Notes under the pieces: model-generated
Told to the model about the DNA's origin: nothing
The model's input: only the letters and a program-made list of their open reading frames with translations
Database searches by the model: none
Shown: one piece after another, positions 36,540 to 48,041 of the stretch
Layout: each line of letters opens with the position of its first letter
Numbering within the stretch: position 1 is the first letter of the stretch
Position numbers and translations under genes: made by a program
Assembly: GCF_000143415.4 (NCBI RefSeq)
Contig: NW_003314302.1
Span: forward strand, 1,588,395 to 1,652,394
Origin: Selaginella moellendorffii
Taxonomy: Eukaryota > Plantae > Lycopodiophyta
Direction: 5' to 3'
Length of the DNA stretch: 64,000 nt

Positions 36540-36995
36540 TTGTTAAATGCCTAGCCAGAGTGATTTCCACCGTTGTCCGTCCCAAGTTCATCACGGGACA
36601 CATTCTTTTCCCGGATCCATAGAAGCTCAAAGTGCTTCCCATACCTCTCAGGATTAAAAATCCCTGCAGACTCACCCCACCACCTTGGATCTCGAGCGAT
36701 CGACCGGATGTTAATCAGCACTCTTGTTTTCGCAGGGATGGTGAAGCCGTTTACCTCGCAGTCTTGGAGTGATTCGTGGGGAGCCATTAGAGAAGCCGGC
36801 GGATGCAAGTGGAATGTCTCCTTGACCGCGGCTTTGAGGTATTTTAGTTTATCTTCGTTTACTTCTCTACCGCCAAATATTAGATCGATCTCATCTTGTG
36901 CTTTGGCCATGCAGGATGGAATTTTATGAGCTCCGAGAGTGCCCACTCTGTGCTAATGGCCGCTGAGTCAGGTCCTCCGGTAAGTACGTCCTGGA
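36540..36995 (-). pseudogene. Second P450 fragment (3' half)
   Basis: Similar to 35250-35700; contains KETFHLHPP and GSGKRMCP. Confidence 0.85.
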
Positions 36996-37219
36996 ATACA
37001 GCCGTTTTATGATGGCTTATCGACAGACTCTTTCCTTCTTGCCCTCTGCAATGTGGATGCTGCATACCTTGATCGCTCCTTCCATCTTTCAGCGCTCCGG
37101 ACCGATATTCTTACCTTAAACCGTACAGGATTAGTGGGAATCTACGCTGTTTAAGCTAACCCAGCCTTTACTTTAGTGCACATATAAATAAGATCAAGTC
37201 CTTTAGGGTCATACGAGCT

Positions 37220-37981
37220 ATGGCGAGAGCAAGCAAGAGAAGTAGAGAAGACGATGGTATCATGGTGCTGACAAAGAAGCGTCGACTGAGAAGCGAGAGG
37301 GCTTGCAAGCTCACGGCCCAAGAGGTGAGGGATCAAAACTTGTACGGCGTGTGGGAGCACCACGACCTGCCGGACAACGTGTACCAGTGCCCAAGGTGCC
37401 AATCTTACAACACGCGGTTCGATTACTACAACAACGAGAAGAGTACTGGCAAGCGCGACCAGCCGCGCTACGCTTGTAGGTCGTGCAAGGGAAAATGGAC
37501 ACAAGGTGGCAAGGTAAGGGACGTATCGCTATCGCCCACTGGTGGAAATAAGAGAACTTTAAAGAGCCATGGAAGAGACAAGATCACTCCAGTCGTCCAG
37601 GAAGAATTTGTAGGCGAATCATCTCAAGTTATGGGTGATTGTGTTGCGGGTTTTGATCAAACTACTTATTGGGAGCAAGGTCATGGTCTGGGTGATTGTG
37701 CCCAACCTTTATCTCACGAGGCTTTTGATCAAAACAGTTGTTGGGAGCTTCTGCCAGCCTTGGGTCAAGGACCTGTTGGTGACTGTGTGCAAGAAGTGTT
37801 TGCTCAAGCTAGCGAGCTTGGCGATGGAGTGTTTGCTGATCAAGTTAGTCAGGAGTTTGTTGGTGGGGTTCAAGGTGGAGATGTGCAAACCAATTGCTGG
37901 GGGCAACCTCAAGAATTCAACGATGTGTTTCTTGATATTGAGGGATTTCTGGCAGACCTGCCAGAAATACAGGCTTGCTGA
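37220..37981 (+). CDS. Atypical Dof zinc-finger transcription factor, copy 1
   Basis: CPRCQSYNTRFDYYNN...QPRYACRSC..WTQGG.VRDV, a basic NLS, an acidic C-terminus and a TATA box upstream. Confidence 0.85.
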   Translation: MARASKRSREDDGIMVLTKKRRLRSERACKLTAQEVRDQNLYGVWEHHDLPDNVYQCPRCQSYNTRFDYYNNEKSTGKRDQPRYACRSCKGKWTQGGKVRDVSLSPTGGNKRTLKSHGRDKITPVVQEEFVGESSQVMGDCVAGFDQTTYWEQGHGLGDCAQPLSHEAFDQNSCWELLPALGQGPVGDCVQEVFAQASELGDGVFADQVSQEFVGGVQGGDVQTNCWGQPQEFNDVFLDIEGFLADLPEIQAC

Positions 37982-38160
37982 TTCATGGAAATTTTTGTCA
38001 AAAGAAAATTTATAGTTGGATCCCAGGGTTTCCAGAGAGTTTTCATTTGTTTGATGAGTAGAAGCCTACATAGAATTATATTTCGATCTGTATGTCAAAT
38101 AATTTAGAGTATGAAAAGCCGCAAAGATAAGCCAAAATATATACTTTTTCTTTCTCTCTC

Positions 38161-39590
38161 TCAAAATAGTTTCCTGTCCACCAGTAAGCCGACGAAGGAG
38201 CTCACAGAAACCGCGACAATGGTTGCTCCCAGGAACCCGGAGGAAGCCTTGCCCTGCTTTCTCACCACTTTGTCCTTGCCACTGCTTGTCTCCTCCCGCG
38301 GAAAGAGCCGCTCCTTTCCTCCTCCTCGGCGCTGCCTTGAGAGCTCCGGTATCAAAATCTCTGGAGATACTTCTCATCTGTGACGAAGATGAAAATCCAT
38401 GTCTTAGCAGCAAGCGAGGAAGGAGAGAAAATTGTAGAAGTGTGGTTCCTTACCTCGACTTCTTCAACGGCTGGCTCCGCCGGACGAGTCTCCAACTTCT
38501 TGGCAAACGCTCCATTTACGTGGATCTCACTCAGCTTCTTACGAAGATCCTCTCTCTCGCCTTTGATACAAGATATCTGGCGTTCATCACAAAGTATTAG
38601 AAGGAAAGAAGAAGCCCAGGCAAGAGTTACCTCATTATCCAGCAGCTGCTTTTCCTTGGAAAACTCTTCGCTCATCGCGCTTAGCTTGGCGAGGAGCGAC
38701 TTGGTCTCCGATGCGTAGCCATCTCGCTGCTGGGCCTCGCTCTCCTGCATTCGCGAGATCGTCTTCTCCTGCTCAGAAATGAGTCGAGCTGCTTCGTCCA
38801 GTTTTTCCTCCAGAGAGCTCGCCACACCTTGGACCTTCGCGAGCTCTGCTTGAAAGTGTGATGCCATAGCCTCGGCTTCCTTCTCGAGCTCTTGCACCTT
38901 CTTACTTTCAGCGTCTTTGGATATCGCAGCCTCTTGTTTGGTGGCCTCGAGCACTTCCTCCCTATTAGCCAGCTTCTCCGCCAGCTTCTCGATGGTACTC
39001 TCGAGAGCGGCGATCTTCTCCGCTGCGGCTCTCTGGCTCTCCCCTGCGTCAGCCTGATGCTTTACGGTAGCTTCTTCTGCGCTCGAAAGCTTGCCTCGCA
39101 GTTCTGCCTCGGCTTGGAAAGCCGACTTGAGAGTCTCCTCTTGGCCAGCCAAGGTCTCTTTCAAAGCTGTCAGCTTGGAGTTCACAGCGAGAGCTCCTTC
39201 TCTCTTTCCGAGGCCACCTTTTCTCGTTCGCCTGCTGTTGCCTCGTGCATTGCTGAAGTTTCTTCTGCGAGCTTGAGCTGTTGACGTAGCTCCGCCTCGG
39301 TGTCAACAGCCGCCTTCAGAGTTTCTTCCTGGCTTGCCAGAACCTTCTCTAGAGATGCCAGTTTCGAATGTAAACTCGACATCTCCTCCCCCAGCTCCGC
39401 AACCTTCTTGTTGGAGACGTTGGCGAGCTCTTCGTAATGCGCCGATTTGCTCTCGGCAGCTTCGACGCTCCCTTGAAGTGTCACATGCATTTGACGAGAG
39501 CTCTCCACAACTCCTTCGAGCTCGGAAGCCTTTGCCGCGTGAGTGGAAAGTTCTGCCTGGATTTTACGCAGCTCTCGAGGTATGGTTCAA
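38161..39590 (-). pseudogene. Tail-anchored long coiled-coil protein (PICC-like), frameshifted and 5'-truncated
   Basis: Heptad-rich E/K/A ORFs, an SRD motif and a C-terminal TM (FLGATIVAVSVSSFVGLLVDRKLF*). Frame changes occur near 39185 and in the last exon. Confidence 0.6.
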
Positions 39591-40677
39591 GCAAATAAGA
39601 GAAACACTTGGAATCTTTTAGAGCAGATCGAGGACAAACTTGCAAGCTTGGAAGTAAGATCGATTAGAGAACGAAAAGGATAGAAGAGAGAGAGAGATTT
39701 TAAAACCTCTGATCATTCCGGACAAAGCGTCTGGACAAAAGAAACACTGACAGAATCTACTAACAATCGTCGAGAAAGCAGCGAGATTCTCTTCGCAGTA
39801 CGCACCTAAAAACTCGAGATTCAAGGGGTTTGTCTCTTTTTCAACCTTATTGAAGCGGCAGGGGATTTTTAATCTTTTGTTCACAGATTTTCACAGTGAC
39901 TCTTGTCCCCCGTATCGCGTCTGTCCGCCAGCTTCACTGTTTTCTTTCCCGAGAGCACCGCTTCTCTTCAGGCGAACCCCGTGACAAGTCTAGGATTTAC
40001 AAACGTAGAACATATGAGGAGAATATATGGTCAAATAATTTCTTAGTAATTAATCTAATCTTTACGTTTAGAGCTCACGAGACATTTCGAGTTTTCGTGT
40101 GTTGTGGCAGTAAGAACCTCAACTCGTGATAACGCGTGATTACCAAGGCAAAGAGATTGAAACCTTCTATGCTTCTTTCTTTGGATCTCGATCTCCTAAT
40201 CGCCACTATATAGGTATCTTGGTCTGTTTACATGTGACCATGGTTTTAAGTGTAAAGATTGCTCCAGAGTGAAAAAAAGGGGAGCATGTGATCTGGCTCT
40301 CGTTTACTTGGGCAAAGTCATTTGCAACACTATCAAACTAGTGACAGATGCAATATGGCCTCCACCTCAATCTTACTCGCTTTAGCTTACCAAGTAAAAA
40401 TACGGATGCAAACTTTGCATGCGCGCACACAGATTGATTTATATATATATGCAATGTGCTTCTTCCAGCCTTGCTGTTGTGCACAACTCTCATTGCCCAT
40501 GCAAACATCAATAAAAATTTCCCAGAAGCATGGCAACCGAACATGCCCCTCACCATTGTAGATATATTATATTTTTTATTATTATCTATACTATTGTAGA
40601 CTATTTTGCAAGTTGGCAACAAGTATATAAATACAGTTTTTACATAAATAAATAAATAAATTGCTATGCGTCAACAC

Positions 40678-42533
40678 TTGGTTTGCTTAATAGTAGTGTT
40701 ATTCTTACTTATTAATCCAATTCATCAAATAAAGCTTATAATTATAAGCATGTTTGTAATTTATAAAAAAAAGATTAATCTTATTGCATTAGATGATAGA
40801 ATAAAAAAGGATATAATAGAAAGGGTTTAAGAAAGTTTATAAATTATTAATATGTTAAATACAAGATTAATCTAAATGATGGTAGAATATCCTAGAATAT
40901 CCTGGAATATCAAAGTATATTCTAAGTATATTCACTACCATCCCCTATAGGTTTGCTTAACCAAACCAAAAATAAGAAACAAATTCAACTTTCCAAACTT
41001 TTATCATCAAATTTAAAGTTAGATATTTTGATTTATTTTTATTTATATTTAAAAATTAAAATCTATCAAATTACTAGATTTATAGCATTTTTAATTCAAG
41101 TCTTTTTTTTACATATGTTTATCAGAATATAATTGTGTGGAAAACATTAAAAAAAAGTATTCATTTACTAATTCTACTAGTAGTACTACTGTATCTCCTC
41201 AATATTCAAGAAGAGCACTATTTTGCTATCTGTTATAGAGGTCAAAAATAAATATCCAACTTCTTACTGAAGCTCATATAGCACTTATTAATCGTTTTGA
41301 GAATCATCAAAGAACCCCTCAAACTTATGTTGAAAATACGATTATGCTTCACAATGTTAATTGACAGAATACATTCATTTACGCATTTAATGATTTATGG
41401 GATAACTGTCTTTAAAATGTCAACCCCGTTTCGACTGCATCCTGATGGACCAAGCAATCACGCATCCAGAGTGCTCAGTTCGAGTCAGCATTCACTCCAA
41501 ACGGGGTTGGTATACTTAAGGTTAAAAAAAGAATATATATGAAATTTGAATTTGTATGCCACCTTTATTTAAGCCCTTATATATAGTTGCCAATTTTTCA
41601 GAATTTCTGGTTTTCTTAAGTAAACTTGTAGGGGTAATGAATATATCTAGAATATACTTGAATTTTCTGGGATATTCTACCATTTAACAGTTGTTATTAA
41701 TTTATATTTAATCTTGAATTTATAATTTATAAACACTTCTATAAATTATAAATTTTCCTAAGCAGTTCCTAGTATATTCTAATTTATTCTACTATTTAAT
41801 GGTTGATATATAAATAAATTATAAAATTCCATTTGATCAACTAGATTAAAAAGTTTCTATGCGTTGCATGTAGCAACACTTGGTTTGCTTAATATTATTA
41901 CTTATTAATCCAATTGATCAAATAAAGTTTATAATTATAAGCATGTTTGTAATTTATATATACAAGATTAATTTTATTGCATATCAACCATTAGATGGTA
42001 GAATAAAAAAGAATATACTAGAAAAGGTTTAAGAAAGTTTATAAATTATAAATATGTTTATAAATTATAAGTACAAGATTAATCTAAATGAATAACAACC
42101 GTTAGATGGTAGAATATCCTAAAATATCCAAACATATTCTAGGTATATCCACTACCATCCCAGTCCCCCTATAGGTTTGCTTAAGCAAACCAAAACTTTG
42201 TTGTGCATTGCATGCAGGAAAGCTTGGTTTGCTTAATAATAGTGCTTATTACTTATAAATTATATTGATCAATTGGAAGGTTATGATTATAACATGTTTA
42301 TAATTTATAAACACAAGATTAAATATCAACTTTCAGAATAAACTAGAATATGCTAAAAAGTGTTTAGGAATGTTTATAAATTATAAATACATGATTAATT
42401 TAAATGAATAACAACCACTAGAGAGTAGAATATCCCAGAGTATCCAAGAATATTCTAAGTCTATTCACTATCACTATGCAAACCAGGAATAATACTATTA
42501 TTAAGAAAATCAAATATTGCTGCATGCAACACA
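40678..42533. mobile_element. Cluster of about 300-bp AT-rich inverted-repeat (MITE-like) elements
   Basis: Copies at 40678-40969, about 41608-41850 (inverted), 41880-42193 and 42202-42533, with ends TTGGTTTGCTTAA...TTAAGCAAACCAA. Confidence 0.7.
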
Positions 42534-43619
42534 GTATATTTACAAATTAGGAGTTTTTGCTGAACATGGGCATTTGATGCGAGGGAGGACCAAATTTCTC
42601 ACCCAAGGATTTTCCATGACTGGTTTGTAGGACTGACTAGAACACCCTTGTCGTCAGGCATTTCTGCCGCCTATCCTCAAGCACCACCATGCTAGATGGA
42701 TTGCTGGAGCACACTGCCAGCATTTGCCAGGCACATCAAATCTTCTACCTGGTCAGCCTGAGGGCAAGGACTGGAGTTACTCTACTTCCTTCTAACTGTA
42801 AGAAATCTTTGGTGATCCATTCTAGTTCTCCAATTTTGAACTTTATCCAAAAGTAAAATAAGGATTATAAACATAGCTGATTATGTTATGTTAGAATATA
42901 CTCAAACCACAAACCAAAATATTGCTTAATTTGTTTATGCTAACTTGGATATATTCTAAGTATATGCTCTCTAGATCCATATTCTCCCAAATGACCTAGA
43001 AAACATGAGAGTGTTGCTCCCCTATCGTGGTGTTGGTAGGGACAGGGCAAAAGTATGTTGTACTACTGGTAGAAGTCACACATTCCAAGTCTGGATGCCG
43101 TTAATTACGTTCTAGGGTGATGAGTTTATTTTCAATGTTCTTGCTCCTTGTTCTCTCATTCTCTTCTTCAGTTGTCCCAGTGGTCTCATGCCTCCAGCAA
43201 GACCCTCCAAAAACATGTATTATTGACAAGTAGAAACGATTGTAATAGCATAACTAGCATTTTAGTGACTAGCTTTGTTGTCAAGTTTCCATGTTTTTCT
43301 TGCACCCACAAGAGACCCGGATAGTGACCACTGGCAATACCATTGCACCAATCTTCCCTTTTGTTACATTACAAGAGCACTAAAGGTCGTGATTATGTGC
43401 TTTTGGAAAGTTTGATCTCCTTGAAAAAAGAGTAGTTTAGTTTTTTTGGCAAATTCGCTACACATACTCTCCTAACCGCTCAGTCTTCGCTTGCCAAAAT
43501 TCCTCTCAGATCGCTGTGTCTTTGCTTGAGTTCTACCTCCCGAAATTCCTCTGAGCTCCTCATAAATGTTGGCAAGTAGATTGCAATCGGAACTTTAAAC
43601 ATAGAATATCTAAAATTGA

Positions 43620-43790
43620 AGCGACAGTGGTTGCCTCCTCCGTGAGAAGCCGCCTTGAGAACCCTAGTATCACAATCTCTGTAGATCTGTGACAAGAAGG
43701 GAAATCCATTTCTGAAGAGGAGAAAACTAAGAAGTGTTTCTTACCTCGTCAAGTTCTTCTCTGTTTGGCTCCGGCAGACGAGTCTTCGAT
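43620..43790 (-). pseudogene. Diverged fragment of the coiled-coil gene last exons
   Basis: Similar to about 38320-38495 (IYRDCDTRVLKAA vs ISRDFDTGALKAA), with a shared splice donor. Confidence 0.6.
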
Positions 43791-43829
43791 CATTTCCTGG
43801 AGACCAGGAATAAGAGTTTGTCTCACAAG

Positions 43830-44270
43830 TCACCATATGAGCACTCGTGACTCCTTTCAGCTCCGTCCGAAAGAAGAGTTCCAAAGCTATAGCCATGCCA
43901 TCTTCTAAAGCACGGAGTTTGACAAGTTTGCCTATCCAAACTAGCGCAAGCTTTCAACGCAGCCACAAAGGTGAGAAAACCCCGGATCGTTCCATGAATG
44001 GAAACAGCTCGACTCGAGAACCAAGCATCAAACTGTTCCATGACACAGTCGAAAAATCCAGTGCCCTGTCGAACACTCCGCGAGCGTGCACACTCGGCAC
44101 GGGCTCGGCACACATGCGAATCAAAACCGCTCGGATTTTCACCGACTCAAACTTGATCACGCGTTTCTTCTCAGTCGCGTCATCCAGTACGCTATGCATA
44201 CCTGGCTTCTCGACAGACTCTTTCCTTCTTGCCCTCTGCGATGTGGATGCCGCATGCCTTGATCGCGCTC
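43830..44270 (-). pseudogene. PPR gene fragment
   Basis: ARGVFDR...TVSWNSLMLG and TFVAALKACASL in broken frames. Confidence 0.7.
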
Positions 44271-44383
44271 TGGACTACCTTAAACCGCACAGGATTAGTG
44301 GGAATCTACGTTGTTTAAGCTAACCCAGCCTTTACTTTAGTGCACATATAAATAAGATCCAGTCCTTTAGGGTCATACGAGCT

Positions 44384-45145
44384 ATGGCGAGAGCAAGCAA
44401 GAGAAGTAGAGAAGACGATGGTATCATGGTGCTGAAAAAGAAGCGTCGACTGAGAAGCGAGAGGGCTTGCAAGCTCACGGCCCAAGAGGTGAGGGATCAA
44501 AACTTGTACGGCGTGTGGGAGCACCACGACCTTCCGGACAACGTGTACCAGTGCCCAAGGTGCCAATCTTACAACACGCGGTTCGATTACTACAACAACG
44601 AGAAGAGTACTGGCAAGCGCGACCAGCCGCGCTACGCTTGTAGGTCGTGCAAGGGAAAATGGACACAAGGTGGCAAGGTAAGGGACGTATCGCTATCGCC
44701 CACTGGTGGAAATAAGAGAACTTTAAAGAGCCATGGGGGAGACAAGATCACTCCAGTCGTCCAGGAAGAATTTGTAGGCGAATCATCTCAAGTTATGGGT
44801 GATTGTGTTGCGGGTTTTGATCAAACTACTTATTGGGAGCAAGGTCATGGTCTGGGTGATTGTGCCCAACCTTTATCTCACGAGGCTTTTGATCAAAACA
44901 GTTGTTGGGAGCTTCTGCCAGCCTTGGGTCAAGGACCTGTTGGTGACTGTGTGCAAGAAGTGTTTGCTCAAGCTAGCGAGCTTGGCGATGGAGTGTTTGC
45001 TGATCAAGTTAGTCAGGAGTTTGTTGGTGGGGTTCAAGGTGGAGATGTGCAAACCAATTGCTGGGGACAACCTCAAGAATTCAACGATGTGTTTCTTGAT
45101 ATTGAGGGATTTCTGGCAGACCTGCCAGAAATACAGGCTTGCTGA
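44384..45145 (+). CDS. Atypical Dof zinc-finger transcription factor, copy 2
   Basis: Differs from copy 1 at two residues (T to K, R to G). Confidence 0.85.
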   Translation: MARASKRSREDDGIMVLKKKRRLRSERACKLTAQEVRDQNLYGVWEHHDLPDNVYQCPRCQSYNTRFDYYNNEKSTGKRDQPRYACRSCKGKWTQGGKVRDVSLSPTGGNKRTLKSHGGDKITPVVQEEFVGESSQVMGDCVAGFDQTTYWEQGHGLGDCAQPLSHEAFDQNSCWELLPALGQGPVGDCVQEVFAQASELGDGVFADQVSQEFVGGVQGGDVQTNCWGQPQEFNDVFLDIEGFLADLPEIQAC

Positions 45146-45207
45146 TTCATGGAAATTTTTGTCAAAAGAATTTATAGTTGGATCCCAGGGTTTCCAGATT
45201 TGTTTGA

Positions 45208-45500
45208 CCAGCCTTAGGTCAAGGGCCTGTTGGTGATTGTGTGCAAGAAGTGTTTGCTCAAACTAGCGAGCTTGGCGATGGAGTGTTTGCTGATCAAGTT
45301 AGTCAGGAGTTTGTTGGTGGGGTTCAAGGTGGAGATGTGCAAACCAACTGCTGGGGGCAACCTCAAGAATTCAACGATGTGTTTCTTGATATTGAGGGAT
45401 TTCTGGCAGACCTGCCAGAAATACAGGCTTGCTGATTCATGGAAATTTTTGTGTCAAGAATTTATAGTTGGATCCCAGGGTTTCCAGATTTGTTTGATGA
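45208..45500 (+). repeat. Tandem duplication of the Dof 3' end
   Basis: Repeats the last ~75 codons and the 3' flank, and carries copy-3-type variants (AQTSEL). Confidence 0.9.
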
Positions 45501-45866
45501 ATAGAAGCCTACATAGTATTATATTTCAATCTATATGTCAAATATATGAAAAGCCGCAAAGATAAGAAAAAATATATACTTTTTCTTTCTCCTCTTTCTC
45601 AAAATAGTTTCCTGTCCACCAGTAAGCCGACGACGAAGGAGCTCACAGAAACCTATGGAAATGCCTATAGATAGATCTTGAGCTTCACCAGTTTTCTATC
45701 ATCAACCTTTAGCGCCTTGATTGTATTTACAGCCAAACCATTTGCCATACATTACCTTAAACCGCACAGGATTAGTGGGAATCTACGCTGTTTAAGCTAA
45801 CCCAGCCTTTACTTTAGTGCATATATATATATAAATAAGGTCAAGTCCTTTAGGGTCGTACGAGCT

Positions 45867-46631
45867 ATGGCGAGAGCAAGCAAGAGAAGTAGAGAAGACG
45901 ATGGTATCACGGTGCTGACAAAGAAGCGTCGACTGAGAAGCGAGAGGGCTTGCAAGCTCACGGCCGAGGAGGTGAGGGATCAAAACTTGTATGGCGTGTG
46001 GGAGCACCACGACCTTCCGGACAACGTGTACCAGTGCCCAAGGTGCCAATCTTACAACACGTGGTTCGATTACTACAACAACGAGAAGAGTACTGGCAAG
46101 CGCGACCAGCCGCGTTACATTTGTAGGTCGTGCAAGGGAAAATGGACACAAGGTGGCAAGGTAAGGGACGTATCGCTATCGCCCACGGGTGGAAATAAGA
46201 GAAAATCCAAAGCTTTAAGGAGCCATGAGGGAGGGGGTGCGTGTGACAAGGTCACTCCAGTCGTCCAAGAAGAATTTATAGGCGAATCATCGGGTCCAGG
46301 AGAGGAGGGTTTTGATCAAACTATTTGTTGGGAGCAAGTTGGTGATTGTGCTCAACCTTTCTCACATGAAACTTTTGATCAAATCAGTTGTTGGGAGCTT
46401 CTACCAGCCTTAGGTCAAGGGCCTGTTGGTGATTGTGTGCAAGAAGTGTTTGCTCAAACTAGCGAGCTTGGCGATGGAGTGTTTGCTGATCAAGTTAGTC
46501 AGGAGTTTGTTGGTGGGGTTCAAGGTGGAGATGTGCAAACCAATTGCTGGGGGCAACCTCAAGAATTCAACGATGTGTTTCTTGATATTGAGGGATTTCT
46601 GGCAGACCTGCCAGAAATACAAGCTTGCTGA
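45867..46631 (+). CDS. Atypical Dof zinc-finger transcription factor, copy 3
   Basis: Same architecture, with R to W in the finger loop and in-frame indels in the middle region. Confidence 0.85.
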   Translation: MARASKRSREDDGITVLTKKRRLRSERACKLTAEEVRDQNLYGVWEHHDLPDNVYQCPRCQSYNTWFDYYNNEKSTGKRDQPRYICRSCKGKWTQGGKVRDVSLSPTGGNKRKSKALRSHEGGGACDKVTPVVQEEFIGESSGPGEEGFDQTICWEQVGDCAQPFSHETFDQISCWELLPALGQGPVGDCVQEVFAQTSELGDGVFADQVSQEFVGGVQGGDVQTNCWGQPQEFNDVFLDIEGFLADLPEIQAC

Positions 46632-46744
46632 GTTGGATCCCAATGTTTCCAGAGAGTTTGATAAATAGAATATTCACAAAGCTTACATAGAATTATATTT
46701 CAATCTGTATTTAAGAATACGAAAAAAATCCAAGCTCGGAAGAG

Positions 46745-47080
46745 TTTGACGACGAGAGAGGCCTTGTTCATGGCGAGAGCCAAGCTTTCCAGCTCCAGCT
46801 CGAAGATCTCGTCAGGGATGGCGCCGGAGAAGTTGTTGCTGCTCAAGTCGATGGTGCAGAGGTTGAAGCATCCTCCCAAGGTTGGCGGAAGAGCTCCCTG
46901 GAGATTGTTGTAGTGGAGGTAGAGCCTCTGGAGCGCCTTCATGGACCAGATCGTTCTCTGCGAGGTTGAGCTCCTGGAGCTCCGGAAAGCCGGTCACGAT
47001 CCACGGCGGCGGAGTTACCAGGCAAGCGAAGAACTTCCAGCCGCGACAAGCTCTGGAAGGACGGGATTTCTCCGGACAGG
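46745..47080 (-). pseudogene. Leucine-rich-repeat receptor gene fragment
   Basis: LQRLYLHYNNLQGALP and IDLSSNNFSGAIPDEI are plant extracellular LRRs. Confidence 0.8.
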
Positions 47081-47600
47081 CGCCCAAGACGAAGACTCCC
47101 ATAAAATCTACTACCTCTTTCACCAGCTCCACAAACAGTGAGTCCTCAAATCTCTCGTTGAAAGCCATGGAACTTTGGAAAGCTCTAAGAATTCTTGATT
47201 CTTCCACTCTCTTTGTAGAAAAGAACTCCAAGGTTCCTACCTTTCTCGTCATTCTCCAGTGTGGACCATATGAAGCCCACGCCAAATCCTTGGAACCATA
47301 AGAAAACATGCTTGGCAACTGCGATCTTTGCAAAATTGGTGTCATAAGTGGAGATAAAAGCTTTTGCTGCATCTGGAGAGGACAACACCAAGTTTGATGC
47401 TCATGATGGGACCAAATCTTTCAGAGAGCTTGGACAGGGATTTGTAAGAGTGAGTTCCCAGCAAATGCAAATGCCCAATAAGTGGAATTCCTGGTGGAAG
47501 ATTTCTTCTTGTGGCATTCCACCACCAAGCAAGCAAAAAGGAAGAGATGCCAAGAATGAGATTGTATATATGGAAAAATGATTCGATGGAATCTGCCAAC
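47081..47600 (-). pseudogene. Third P450 fragment (5' part)
   Basis: N-terminal TM, LPPGIPLIGHLHLL and YGPHWRMTRK; similar to 35980-36345. Confidence 0.85.
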
Positions 47601-47718
47601 ACGCCAGCCGTTTGATGGACCTTTGTTTAAGAGCCCTAAAACCAACGGCTGGCTTTTGTTTGGTGCTTACTTGTTTTTTCCCTTGGCGAGTTTTAGGGCG
47701 GCGATGGGGAGCTAGGGC

Positions 47719-47895
47719 ATGGGCTTGATCCGGAGCGGCTTCTCTTTCACTCTGGGGACGCTGTTTGGGATCTATCTCGCGCAGAATTACAACATCCCGA
47801 ACGTTCAGGGGATCGTCAACGTCGGCCTCGTCATGGCGAAGCAAATCGAGCGGGCGTACAGGAAGCGCGGCAAGGACGAAGAAGACGACTACTGA
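47719..47895 (+). CDS. STMP1: Short transmembrane mitochondrial protein 1-like (DUF4535) microprotein, 58 aa; absent from the ORF track
   Basis: MGLIRSGFSFTLGTLFGIYLAQNYNIPNVQG...IERAYRKRGKDEEDDY*, with the G.YLAQNY.IP signature. Confidence 0.88.
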   Translation: MGLIRSGFSFTLGTLFGIYLAQNYNIPNVQGIVNVGLVMAKQIERAYRKRGKDEEDDY

Positions 47896-48041
47896 GATCG
47901 TTCACATTCCAGGTATTTTAGGAGATAGAGGAAGAATTCGTGAAGAAAGAGGCCGAGGCCGATCGATCAGGCAGGAGGAAAAAGAGGGAAAAAAATTCTC
48001 TTTTGGAAAGCTAGAAAGAGAAGCAAATATCTTTCTTGGAG

